Positions 8,404 through 20,100 of a stretch of DNA of 64,000 bases are shown one piece after another; within the stretch, counting starts at the first letter, position 1; every line of letters begins with the position of its first letter. The stretch comes from Spirochaetia bacterium (GTDB lineage Bacteria; Spirochaetota; Spirochaetia; DSM-27196; Salinispiraceae), in NCBI GenBank assembly GCA_038204425.1, contig JBBRCZ010000004.1, positions 32,001-96,000 of the forward strand. The letters are read 5' to 3'. A model generated the notes under the pieces. The model did no database searches. It had not been told where the DNA came from and worked only from the letters and a program-made list of their open reading frames with translations. The position numbers were made by a program, and so were the translations under genes.

Positions 8404-10938
8404 ATGGCTAGCACCAAAGCACCAAAAGAACCCGTCAGCCGCAACCGCAACGGTCATGACAAGGATTCTATTACCTGGAGTTTTGCCGAACAGCTCAAAT
8501 ATAACCAAGCTGTAGACAAATACTCAGCCTCGCAGCACGACAAGTTTAAGGCATTGGCTCTGACCGTCCGTGATCGACTCATCAACCAATGGCTGCAAAC
8601 ACAACGTACCCACCATCACGTCAAGGCAAAGCGAGTCTACTATTTGTCCTTGGAGTTTCTAATCGGGCGCTCGCTTGGCAACAACATCATTAATCTTGGA
8701 CCTGACGTAGAAACTGCTTTTAGAGACGCCATGACCGAACTCGGCTATGATCTAGAAGAAATCCGCGAAATGGAAACCGATGCTGGTCTTGGCAATGGTG
8801 GCTTGGGGCGTTTGGCAGCTTGTTTTCTTGACAGCTTGGCGACGCTCGACTTGCCCTGTTTTGGCTATGGCCTGCGTTACGACTACGGCATCTTTAGACA
8901 GGGCATAGAAAATGGCTACCAAGTAGAATACCCCGACGACTGGACGCGCCATGGCAGCGCCTGGGAAATTGAACGTCCGGAAGTGTCGGTGGCGGTTAAG
9001 TTTGGCGGTCGCGTGATTGTGACCGAAGATAAGGGAAAGACGGTGCACAAATGGGTCGACACACAGCCGATAGTTGGTGTGGCCTATGACATGCCAATTT
9101 TGGGTTACGGCGGCACCACGGTCAACACTTTGCGCCTTTGGAGCGCTCGTGCCGACGAAGAGTTTAAGTTTACCTCGTTTAATGAGGGCGACTATGTAGA
9201 AGCTGTTTCTCACAAAGTAGATGCAGAAAATCTAACCAAAGTGCTCTACCCTAACGACAAGGCTTACCTCGGCAAAGAGTTGCGTCTCAAGCAACAGTAC
9301 TTTTTTGTTGCCTGCTCACTCTGGGATATTATGCGCCGCTTTCGCAAGTCAGGCAAAAGCTTTGACCAGCTGGCCAGCATGGCCGCTATCCAGTTGAACG
9401 ACACTCACCCATCCTTGGCTGTGGCCGAGCTGATGCGTCTCTTAATAGACGAAGAAGGCCTAGACTGGGACAAGGCATGGAAGACAACTGTGGCAACGCT
9501 TGGCTATACCAACCATACTTTGATGCCCGAAGCCCTAGAAAAATGGCCAGTGCCGATGTTCGAAAAGCTCTTGCCGCGCCATCTGCAGATAATCTATGAA
9601 ATCAACTACCGCTTTTTGTCGCAAGTAGCCATCAAATGGCCCGGCAACAACGAAAAGTTGGCTCGCATGAGTATTATCGAAGAAGCTGAGCCTAAGCACA
9701 TTCGCATGGCCTACTTAGCAATTGTTGGTAGCCATAGCGTCAATGGAGTAGCGGCCTTGCACACTCGCCTTTTGACAGAAAGGTTAGTAAATGACTTTTA
9801 TCAGATGTGGCCAGAACGATTTAATAACAAGACTAACGGCATAACCCAACGTCGATTCTTGTTAAAAGCCAACCCAGCACTTGCCGACTTGATTAGCCAA
9901 AAGATTGGCGATGCATGGATTACTGATCTGACCGAGCTTACTAAGCTCTTGCCACTCGCTAAGGACAAAGAGTTTCAAAGGCAATTTGCTGCGGTAAAAC
10001 TAGAAGCCAAGCAACGCTTGGCTGAGCAAGCAAAGAAGGAATACGGCATAACGCTAGACACCTCGCATGTCTTTGACGTGCAAGTTAAGCGTATCCACGA
10101 GTACAAACGCCAGCTATTAAATGCCTTGCACATTATCATGCTCTACAACCGCATTAAAAAGGGCGACCACAAAGGCTTGGTGCCGCAAACCTTTATTTTT
10201 GCCGGTAAGGCAGCACCCGGTTATGCGATGGCCAAGCTAATCATCAAACTGATTAACAGCCTAAGCCAGGTAATCAATAATGATCCTGATGTGAGCAAGT
10301 ACCTACGGGTTTACTTTTTTGGCAACTATCGCGTTTCTTTGGCAGAGAAGATTATCCCGGCGGCAGATATTTCTGAGCAAATCTCTACGGCAGGAACCGA
10401 AGCCTCAGGTACCGGCAACATGAAATTTATGTGCAATGGCGCTCTAACTCTAGGCACGCTGGATGGCGCCAACATAGAAATTATGGAAGAAGCCGGCAAA
10501 GACAATATCTTTATCTTTGGCTTGACGGCCGAAGAAGTGGAAGATCTCAAGCCGCACTATGATCCCTACCAGTACTACCATGCGGATACCGAAGTTAAAG
10601 AAGCGCTTGATCTCTTGTTCTCAGGCTACTTTAACTTTGGCGAACCCGGAATCTTTGACCCAATCCGTCAGGTCTTGTTTGAAAAAGGTGACGCCTACCT
10701 GCATCTGGCAGATATCCGTTCTTACGCAGACACGCGCGCCAAGATGATAGAACTCTACAAGAAGCCAGAATCATGGTGGGAGAAGGCGATTATCAATACT
10801 GCCAAGTCAGGCAAGTTTAGTTCTGACCGCACGATTAACGAATACGCCACAGACATTTGGAACGTCAAACCAGTTAAGATTGATGCCTACCAGGACGAAA
10901 ACATAGGCACGCTCGACCAAGCCCGCAATCAAGAATAG
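8404..10938 (+). CDS. glgP: Glycogen/starch phosphorylase
   Basis: GLGNGGLGRLAACF, IQLNDTHP, KRIHEYKRQ and the PLP-lysine motif EASGTGNMK. Confidence 0.97.
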   Translation: MASTKAPKEPVSRNRNGHDKDSITWSFAEQLKYNQAVDKYSASQHDKFKALALTVRDRLINQWLQTQRTHHHVKAKRVYYLSLEFLIGRSLGNNIINLGPDVETAFRDAMTELGYDLEEIREMETDAGLGNGGLGRLAACFLDSLATLDLPCFGYGLRYDYGIFRQGIENGYQVEYPDDWTRHGSAWEIERPEVSVAVKFGGRVIVTEDKGKTVHKWVDTQPIVGVAYDMPILGYGGTTVNTLRLWSARADEEFKFTSFNEGDYVEAVSHKVDAENLTKVLYPNDKAYLGKELRLKQQYFFVACSLWDIMRRFRKSGKSFDQLASMAAIQLNDTHPSLAVAELMRLLIDEEGLDWDKAWKTTVATLGYTNHTLMPEALEKWPVPMFEKLLPRHLQIIYEINYRFLSQVAIKWPGNNEKLARMSIIEEAEPKHIRMAYLAIVGSHSVNGVAALHTRLLTERLVNDFYQMWPERFNNKTNGITQRRFLLKANPALADLISQKIGDAWITDLTELTKLLPLAKDKEFQRQFAAVKLEAKQRLAEQAKKEYGITLDTSHVFDVQVKRIHEYKRQLLNALHIIMLYNRIKKGDHKGLVPQTFIFAGKAAPGYAMAKLIIKLINSLSQVINNDPDVSKYLRVYFFGNYRVSLAEKIIPAADISEQISTAGTEASGTGNMKFMCNGALTLGTLDGANIEIMEEAGKDNIFIFGLTAEEVEDLKPHYDPYQYYHADTEVKEALDLLFSGYFNFGEPGIFDPIRQVLFEKGDAYLHLADIRSYADTRAKMIELYKKPESWWEKAIINTAKSGKFSSDRTINEYATDIWNVKPVKIDAYQDENIGTLDQARNQE

Positions 10939-10951
10939 GTAGAGGTACAGT

Positions 10952-10995
10952 CAAAAAAAACAGCCCAGACTTGCGAGTCTGGGCTGTTTTTTTTG
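10952..10995. terminator. Bidirectional intrinsic terminator
   Basis: CAAAAAAAACAGCCCAGACT-tgcg-AGTCTGGGCTGTTTTTTTTG between convergent genes. Confidence 0.9.
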
Positions 10996-11016
10996 TAAGG
11001 TTTTTCGCTTATTGGC

Positions 11017-11925
11017 TTATGCCCACAATTGTTCTGGATAGTCGCCCTTGTCTATTAAGGTGCGCAATCCCGCTTTGACGTCTGGCAAGTCCTCTTTGTA
11101 GGTGATACCAAACCAAGTGGCATTGGATCGCAGCACCTTGAGTTTGGCGCTACCATCATGAATCATGCTGTTGACTACCAAAGGTATAAAGAACTCCGCG
11201 CCAGGGTCCTGGCCCTTGGTTTTGATAAAGTCAACAAACTGTGTTTCTATTGCTTTAAAAATTGGCGGAGTAAAGCCAAAAAAGTTCATCGAAACTGTTT
11301 CGTTGCCGCTGCATTTTACCGTTGAGCCATCGGCCTGCAAGCTCTTGATACCGCCTGCATCTTTACTGATCTTGGTGTGCTCTACCACATCGGTCAGGTT
11401 GCCTTGCGTGTCGACTTGGCACAAACCTCGACTCACCGAGCCAAAGTCGCTGACGGTCTTGGCAAGCTCGTAGCCAACCATACAAAAGTCATTTTTGCTG
11501 GGGTCACTTGCTGCAAGTTGTTTGCCGGCCACCAAAAATGCATCAGAACCATAGAAGTCGTCGGCATTGATAACCGCAAAGGGTGCATCAATAACTGCAC
11601 GGGCTGCATAGACCGCATGCGAGGTGCCCCAAGGCTTCTTGCGCTCAGCCAACGTAAGTCCAGTTACAGGCATATCAGTCATGTCCTGAAAAACGTAACC
11701 GACTTCAATCTTTGACGAAAAACGTGGCAAAACATGCTCCACAAAATCTTTTTCTATATCTCGACGGATGACAAAAATCACTTTTCCAAAACCGGCTCTT
11801 ATGGCATCAAATACCGAATACTCAAGAATGATAGCCTGATTTGGACCAATTGGTTCAATTTGCTTAACCCCACCATAGCGGCTGCCCATGCCAGCGGCCA
11901 AGACTAACAATATTGGTTTACTCAT
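11017..11925 (-). CDS. Sugar-phosphate nucleotidyltransferase family protein
   Basis: LVLAAGMGSRYGGVKQ, KPWGT, VINADDFYG and WFGITY motifs. Confidence 0.88.
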   Translation of the reverse strand: MSKPILLVLAAGMGSRYGGVKQIEPIGPNQAIILEYSVFDAIRAGFGKVIFVIRRDIEKDFVEHVLPRFSSKIEVGYVFQDMTDMPVTGLTLAERKKPWGTSHAVYAARAVIDAPFAVINADDFYGSDAFLVAGKQLAASDPSKNDFCMVGYELAKTVSDFGSVSRGLCQVDTQGNLTDVVEHTKISKDAGGIKSLQADGSTVKCSGNETVSMNFFGFTPPIFKAIETQFVDFIKTKGQDPGAEFFIPLVVNSMIHDGSAKLKVLRSNATWFGITYKEDLPDVKAGLRTLIDKGDYPEQLWA

Positions 11926-11953
11926 AGTTCCTCACTGTCTTTTTTAGTTTCTT

Positions 11954-12673
11954 CTAGTAGCGCACAGCATAAACCTTGTCGCTACGGTTTGTCATTAGGT
12001 CAAGCAGACTAAGCTTGAGCTGGAGGCGCCCGCGAGCTTGGTCGACTATGGTAAAACCGGTGGCGCTGATGACCGCCGAGGGTACTTGTACGTTTAAGGT
12101 CACTAGGGCCAAACTGAACATAGCTTGTCGTTCTTGCTTACTGCCGTACTCTTCCATTGCCCAGTCCAAACTCACTTGGTAGTCCTTGGCGCTGATGCCT
12201 TGCTTTTGTGGCAAGAGATAGGCCAACTGATCGCCGCCTTCGCTTGCAACAATCCCAGCAAGTGCTTCTATTATGTCACGGTTAAAGGTAAAGCTGAGCG
12301 TCCGCACACCGGATTGGGTGCTGAGACTGCTAAGCTTGCGTACCTGCGGCTTATGGTTGGACAGGACTTGGTTAGGATTGGCAATGTTTACCTGCAGCTC
12401 AAAGCTGCTTGGCTTGCTGTGGTCTAGGCTCAACAAACTGATGCCCTTTTCTTGACCAAGGCGCTCTTTTAGTTTGACCGGATCTATGAGTGAGTTGCCA
12501 GGTTTAGTGCCCAAGAGGTCGCTTAGGTATGCCATAAAGACCGGGTTAAACGTGGTCTGAGTCTTGACCACTATGCTGCCGTTTTGGGCCACCAGCATGT
12601 CGGCATCCACCACACATGAGCTGAGTGCAAAGATAACTGTCAGGAGGCTTGTCGCAAAAAATAGTCTAATCAT
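11954..12673 (-). CDS. Hypothetical lipoprotein
   Basis: Start moved to MIRLFFATSLLTVIFALSSC, which gives a signal peptide with a lipobox. Confidence 0.7.
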   Translation of the reverse strand: MIRLFFATSLLTVIFALSSCVVDADMLVAQNGSIVVKTQTTFNPVFMAYLSDLLGTKPGNSLIDPVKLKERLGQEKGISLLSLDHSKPSSFELQVNIANPNQVLSNHKPQVRKLSSLSTQSGVRTLSFTFNRDIIEALAGIVASEGGDQLAYLLPQKQGISAKDYQVSLDWAMEEYGSKQERQAMFSLALVTLNVQVPSAVISATGFTIVDQARGRLQLKLSLLDLMTNRSDKVYAVRY

Positions 12674-12749
12674 TTCTTCCCCATAGCCAGAGTATAAACA
12701 AAAAGACAATTGTTTTGAAATAAGGTTATAAAAGTGATAGTATTTAGTA

Positions 12750-14117
12750 ATGGACAAGAATGGATCACTTACTTTATGTCGTGTCTCTTTGCTCATGGCA
12801 AGTTTGGCGGCCGCAAGTCTTGTGTTTAACTGCGTAGCTCAGGTGCCAGACTTCTCGGCCTATGATGGTGTCAATTTAATTCCTGAGGCTGATCTTACTT
12901 TTGTCTCCGCAAGCTCCACCAGTCCAAGACTTGGTTGGTCGCCGGATTTTGCCTCTGGTCCTGGCCCTGGCAACCGCTATATGACCTTTGAACGAGTGGA
13001 CAATAGCGATTTTGGTGGTTACACCAGCGCTGGCACTGCGGCCGGTGACTTATATGAAGCATATCCTGACAGCGCGCGCCTGCCGGATGGCAGTTTGCCG
13101 TTCGTATACCGCCTCGAAGCCAAAAATCTGATTGCCAACGGCGACCAAGAAGCTGCTGGACTTACCGTGGTGACAGTGGGAAGTCCCGGCTATATTTATG
13201 ATTCCGGTGCCTATAGCAATCCCGGAACTGATAAGTACTTTAGTCTAAACTCTGGCAACGCCGCCACCGACCGCTTTGCTATTGATCTTGGCGCCGCCAT
13301 GGTGGATGATAACGCCACAGCAAACTATGCCAAGAGCTACAGCCTTGGATTTAAGTTTGCATTAGGTTATTCTGGTGACTTTTTTCTGAACCTCAACGAT
13401 AACCCAGAAGATACGGATGTCTACGACCAACAATGGCACTGGTTACGCTTAAACAACAACACTATAAATAGCATCTTTAGGTTTCCTTTTACCACACCGG
13501 CTAACTCTAGAGAAGCACTACTAAGTCCACGGGATACTAATTCCATGCCAACCAAGTATTTGTGGTTTAACCCAAGTAGTTCGCCAGATAATGGCCCGGA
13601 TCTACTTCAGGGCGGATTTGATGACTTTCAGCTACTATCTGCCAGCGATGATCTTGCCATCCGGCTTGCCATACCACGCACCAACAGTCAGCGGCCGATA
13701 CTGCAATCAGGTGGTCGTTATATTGTTAAACTGTGGGTCCGCACTGACAATACGCATACTTATTCGACCCCAGCGAGCAGAGTCGACAACCGCTTTAAAG
13801 CAAGTTTTGTGAGTATTTCTTTGCACGATCAAGCTTTATCTACCAGTCTGCATGGCAAAACTGTGGTACATAGCCTTGGTATGGAAGTAATTTTGCTGGA
13901 TATGAGCAAACTCGGTTGGACCAACCATGCAAGTTGGGACAACTGGACAGAACTTACGGCCTACTTTAGCGATGTACTACGTAGTGACCAGATTCTCGGT
14001 GCTGACTACCCCTTGCAGCTTACCATTAGCGCCACCAACATGGACTCAAGCGCATTGCGTGCGCCGGGCAGCATCTTGATTGCCTACCCGCGCCTATATT
14101 GGGAAGCAAACTACTGA
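12750..14117 (+). CDS. Hypothetical exported protein or lipoprotein, beta-sandwich-like
   Basis: 455-aa ORF with a hydrophobic N-terminus ending SLVFNC. Composition is rich in Gly, Ser, Asn and aromatics. Confidence 0.7.
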   Translation: MDKNGSLTLCRVSLLMASLAAASLVFNCVAQVPDFSAYDGVNLIPEADLTFVSASSTSPRLGWSPDFASGPGPGNRYMTFERVDNSDFGGYTSAGTAAGDLYEAYPDSARLPDGSLPFVYRLEAKNLIANGDQEAAGLTVVTVGSPGYIYDSGAYSNPGTDKYFSLNSGNAATDRFAIDLGAAMVDDNATANYAKSYSLGFKFALGYSGDFFLNLNDNPEDTDVYDQQWHWLRLNNNTINSIFRFPFTTPANSREALLSPRDTNSMPTKYLWFNPSSSPDNGPDLLQGGFDDFQLLSASDDLAIRLAIPRTNSQRPILQSGGRYIVKLWVRTDNTHTYSTPASRVDNRFKASFVSISLHDQALSTSLHGKTVVHSLGMEVILLDMSKLGWTNHASWDNWTELTAYFSDVLRSDQILGADYPLQLTISATNMDSSALRAPGSILIAYPRLYWEANY

Positions 14118-14146
14118 GAGTCTGCTGCCCATAAGTCACTCAGTCT

Positions 14147-17100
14147 TTATTTGACTACCATCACCTTTCTAAACTCGTCTATACCACCACCGCTTACTCG
14201 TATCAGATAGAGTCCGCGTGCTACCACATCGCCGTTAGCATTGCGTCCATCCCAACTGAGTGTATAGTCGCCCTTAGCTTGGCTGCCCGTCCTTAGGATC
14301 TTAACCAAGGTGCCGTCAGCAGCAAAGACCATTACATTAACGTTGGCCGGTGCGTCCAACTGATAGCGCAGTATCGCTCGGTCGTTGACCAGCGGATTGA
14401 TGACGTTGTTGAGTATAGTAACTCCAGCACGTTGTTTTACTAGGGTATCTATGCCAAATGACCATGGCCGTATGAGGCGAGGATCCTGTGGATCGGGGGT
14501 ATAGGCCAAGGACAAACCGTTCATATCCAAGACAAAGTCCACCATGGCACCGTTGGTAAACTCACTATCCTTGCCACTAAAGCCAAACTGGCGTAGCCCA
14601 GACCCTGCGCCGAGATTAGAACCAAGCACCACCCGAGCAGCAGGGTTGGGCAGGTCCAGCAAACCTTTGATAGCGTTGGGGAACCAGAACTTGCCTCCAA
14701 TTGGCGACAAGACACTTGAGGGCGGGTTGACGTCGTAGTACAAGCGCAAGGGCTGATCCAAATAACTTGGCCCAAGATTGTCAGATAGTTTGACTTGCAG
14801 CAGTATTTGACCTTCGCCTAGGAGACTTTCGTTACCAGTAAAGGTTCGGATGGGTGCCAGACTACCAACGTTGCTTGGATTGAGAATATCGTCTATTGCT
14901 TGCACCGGTTCGGCGATACCAAGTCCAATATTGCTAAAGCGATAAACAGTAGCCGCCAAAATGCTATTGTTGGACTTATCGGAAATAACATTGTCCATCG
15001 CCGTGCTTAGGCGCAGTTCCATAAGGTCTATAGGAGCTATGGTAAAGTTGAGGTCAAAGAAGGCCTTGGTAACACCAAACTGACCAGTGCGAACTTCGCT
15101 TGTTTCCAGAATGCTTACTGAGGCTGGACTACCTTCCGAAACACCCGCTCGCTTAATGTCAAAGTCACTTGCTTGGATTTCCTCTAAGTCGGTGCCATTG
15201 AAACGGAAGACTGGCTCATCAAACTGTACGTAGATGCGTCGGCCACCAACAGCGCCGAGGCTCAACTCAATATTGGGTGGAGTACGTTCGATTCCTTCCA
15301 AACGGTCACCGATGTCGGTTCTCGACCGCATGAGGTTGCCGCGATGGTCAGTGAGGAAGCCGATGTTTGCGTCATACAAGACAAAGAGCGAAATGCGGGA
15401 GTTCCAAACCGGGTTCAAAGCCATTTTAAAATACTCGTCGTCAGGATCATTGTCATTTGAAAGTGTCGTAGGCGGACTGACGTTGCTATCAATGCTAAGA
15501 TTATTGGCAGTTGTAGGAACGAGGTCCAGTAGATTACCAACTCTAAAAGCCGCTAGCTCATTGTCATACAGATTTGACGCATCGGCATCTGGGAAGGACC
15601 ATGAGCTGTCGCGGATTGGCTTAGTCATTACAAACTCGAGCCTGTCTATTTGATTACCAACCTCGAGCCCGCTATAGATCAAGAAATTTGGGCCGCCTCC
15701 ATCAAGGCTGACCGCTGGCCGAGTAGTGTCCCAGTCATCAGTAAATAGTACGCCAAAACCAGCACCACCGCTTGAAATATCGGATAGATTGACTGCAGTG
15801 GTTGCATTGTTTTTTGCTGTGACTCCTACTGTGTCGCCAACTTTGCCAGGATATGGATTGACGCTTGGTTCTACTTGATTGCCGTTTGCATCCAAAACTT
15901 CCGTGGCAATTTCTTGAACAAGACTGAGACCAACAACGTCTGTTATGGTAGGTATCGTATCATCAGCAGCAGTTGGACTACCCAAATAGCCTGGCCAATT
16001 GAGTGTCCCAGCACTGTTTATGGAATATCCAGCTAGAAATATAGTAAGTCCAGCAGATCCTGCTGGATTGGTGGCACTCGCTGCCGTGCTGCGATAGATG
16101 AGATGGATTTTGTCTGGGTGACTTTCGTGAGTTAGTCCAGCGCCAAATTGCCGAGCACCAGCAGCGAAGTTGCCTGGATAAGTAAGGTTGAGTCCGTTGA
16201 TAGAAACAGTGCCAGTTGTTTCGGTGATGTAGCCAATGCCATTTAGATCATTGTATGAGCGGAAGCTTATGTTGCCTGGTGCTGCATTACCAGCCATGGT
16301 CGCAGCCCCTACGTCAGAAAATCCACTGAGCCCCGCCAAGTCAAGTGGCTCACTATAACGAATATGCAGCAGGTTGTGGCCGTTATAAGGTGTTGCTGTA
16401 CCAGCTGCATAGTTAGACTTACCAGCCCATGCTCCAACCAGAACTGAGCGGGTGCCGTCAGTGGTGGCAGTAAAGGCAGCAAGGTATTGATTTCCTCCAC
16501 CAGCAAAACCCCCTGTGCCGCCTGCCATCAAACTAAAAGTGGTGCCATTTAGCTGCACCCCGGTGTTGGCCATGGTCACTTTGCCCAAGGCTGAGTAGAT
16601 GCGGTGTTTGGACAATGCGAGATTTAACAGAACATTACGTTGCACACCGCTACGATCGGTACTTAAAGCGTTGCCGACACTTGCGCCCGTAGCGTCGGTG
16701 TTCCAAGTGATGACTGGTGCACGTACTCCTGCAAATAATCCTGTATGGGTACGGAAGTATAACGGAATGGTCGTGGGTACGTCCGAGTTTAGGAAAGAAG
16801 TTGCCGTTGTATTGATGGCTACAAACGAACCGGCTTCTCCAGGAGCCCATACATTGTTACCACTATCATCCCAAATATAAACACCCTGGAATGATGAGGC
16901 AGCGTTGTTAAATCGCAAGTTGTCAGAAGGTGTAACAGAGTTCACAATGGCTGATAGTTCACTATTGGAGTTTTCTATATCTCGGTCAAATATTACTTCG
17001 ACCATGTCGTCGTAAATTGAGCGGGCGCTTACTATAGTCGGACGATCGGCAGCGAAGGCTACACGGGAATTAATTCCAGCATCCATGACGTTTTCGGCAG

Positions 17101-20100
17101 CTGAAAGCCAAACATTGTTGTTACCAACCGCGCCAACTAGGGGTAAAACTGTTAAACTAGTAATAGAAGAATTATACACTCGGGCAAACTTACCAGTTGT
17201 GCCATTTCCAAAACCATAACCTGTGCCGACAGTAAGCATGCCCGGCACTGAATTGTTATCTGGCAAACGCAAATTATAGCTTGCGGCGCCATCAAGGTTT
17301 GTGCCGTTTACGTAGAAGTTGCCATTTACAGTTAGCGTAGTTCCATTAAGACCGGCTGCGGCAAAGTTCGCTGACCTTGTTCCCGGTAGTGGAATAATAG
17401 TGAAAGCAGAGCTTGGGTCAGGATACTGGTATTCGGTTGTACTTGGAGAGCGATCAGGATCACTAGCATTGTATGCTGAGCCAAAGATCGCTAAATTGCC
17501 ACCGATATCAACGATGATCCCACTCACACTTAGACGTCCTCTATAGAAAATTAAGTCCCCTGTATTTGGAGCGTTCAAATGATTGCGTAAGCTAACATTA
17601 TCCGAAATACTTAGCTGCGTTGTGGCCCCGGTCGCATTGTTGATAAAAAAATGCGGTGTTCTGATGTTTATATTTTGACCATTTTGTGCATCCCACGCTC
17701 CATTTGCATGAAGATCTGCTACTATTTGAGTGCTAGCAGTGTATGTTTGGGTACCTGCTGTAATTATTGAGCTTCCACGAAGATCGAGGGCAGATGTAGT
17801 CATGGAAAGATTGCCGTTAATATTCAAGGCATCAATAGTATCGTTGCCAAGTAAAATGCTTGTTGTAGCAGTTACTGTTAAGTTTTGTAAGTACGCTCTT
17901 CCCCCTACTAGTGACCCTACAAGACCTTTTAGGGTAATTGCACCCGCGCTTGCAGTTAAGGTTAAGGATTGCCTATCAGTAGCAACGCCACCAAATAAAG
18001 TTCCATTATCAGTCACTTGGCAGTTAAGAAGTAAATTACCAGTAGAACATGTAATGGTGGTATCAGCACCTGAAATTAATAACTCATCTCCATCAAGTAA
18101 GTTTGCTCCATCACCATCTGTATCAGTTGATCCAAATGTTATCGCACCAGCTGATGTAAGTGTTAATCCATCTAATCGTACTCGTGACAAAAAGTTAGAT
18201 GCTGTGCCCGCTCCAACTATATCGACATTTCCTGTCAAGGTTAATAAGCCAGTTCCGTCTGTTTGACTGATCCCAGTAGTGGTGCGCAAAGTGCTATTAA
18301 ACGTCGTTGCGCCAGTCGAACTTATAGTTAAGCTAGCTCCAGTACCATTGCCAATTTGATTTGCCACACTTGCACCACCGACTGCAGCATTGAAAATAGT
18401 ATCCCCGGATATAGTCAATGTTAAATTTTGATTACCGTTAACGGTAGCATTTGTTGTCAGTAAAGCACTTGCACTCGTGCTTATAGTGACCGCTCCTGTG
18501 GTAAAATCGAGTGTGTCGGCAGGAGCATCCCCAAAAGTAACATCGGCACTCGAAGTAAAAGTCAAACCTGCCAAAGTTACATTGGCATTAAGTGTTGCAC
18601 CAGCCACACTTACATTTTCATTAAAAGTAACTGCACCAGTGTTTTGAACCAGTGCAACGGTACCTGAGACTGCACCGATAAAGGTTTTAGTTCCACCGCC
18701 ATTTAAAGTAACTGTTCCACTTGATAATGTTATTGTGTCGCCGACTGCATTGCCAAAATTTGTATTTGCCACACTATCAAATATCATACCATAAAGTGTT
18801 ACTGTGCTATTAAATTGATTAGCTGTGTTGTTAGTGTCGATGGTAACATTTTCTCTAAATGTTAAAGTTCCTGATGCATTATTTTGCGTTATACCTGTAG
18901 CTGTATGGACTGTTGCGCCTGTATTAAAAGTAGTAGCCCCACCAGCATTTATTACAATACTTGCACCATTTCCATCACCTATTTTAAAATTTGAACCTAC
19001 CGCTGCATTAAAGGTCGTTGTACCCACAACGGTTAATGCTAAGTCTTGAGAACCATCAACCAAACTGTTAAAAATAAGGTTTCCGGCAGTGAGATTAATA
19101 GTATTGGCTGCAGTCGAGAAGGTTAGTTGATCTGTACCAGCATCTCCAAATGTTACAGCAGCACCAGCTTGGAGTGTCATACCGTCCAAAACAACATTGG
19201 CGTTAAATGTTGCTCCAGCCGATAGGGTAACATTATCAAAGAAAGTTATTGCCCCACTACCGCCAGCTTGCGTGATACTTGTTAAATTAAATGAGTTTCC
19301 AACAGTTTGATTAAAATACTTTTCTCCTGATCCTGAAAGTATTAAAGCATTTGTACCATTAACAGTGCTTGCAAATGTTACATCAGGACTGGCCACATTG
19401 TCAGTGCCATCATTTATTATAACTCCAGTTGATATACTTACTGGGTCATTAAACGTCATAAGGTCTGAAGTTATATTAGCTCCAATAGTGAGGCTACCAG
19501 CAGCATCTGTAACAATTTGAGCTAACCTAAATGTTGACCCAACTGCACCATTCAAACTTGTTATACCAGATGAATTTAGTGTAAGTGTATTTATGTCATC
19601 AGCGGTATCGTCTATAGTACCACCAAAGTTTATGCCCCCATTGGCAGTTATTGTGCTATTGGTTTCAATGCTTATAGGCTGAGCTGTTGCATTGGCAAAG
19701 AACGTGCCGCTACCTAAGTTTATGCTTCCACCGCCAGCAACAACAAACCCGCCGGTTCCTGACTGCACTGTGAGGCTTGAATTGGTGCTTAGGTAGTCGG
19801 CATCAAACCTGACATAAGCTGAAGCTGCTGCGCTGTTGCGTAAAATGGCAGCATACGGTAGGGATGCTGTACTACCAGTCCAAACAATATTACCACTGTG
19901 GGCGCTATCACCAATGGTAAAACTGGCTGCCGTTATGCTACCAAAATCAGCATCTATAAAAGCAAATCCGCCACCTAAAGTATTGGTCGATCCAAATTCT
20001 ATATTTGCAGCCGCGTCGCGTGGTCTTATCTGGAAGGTTCCTGTGCCCGCGCTGACTACGGTAGTAGTACCAAGTGTAAAGCCATCACTTGTAATGGCTA

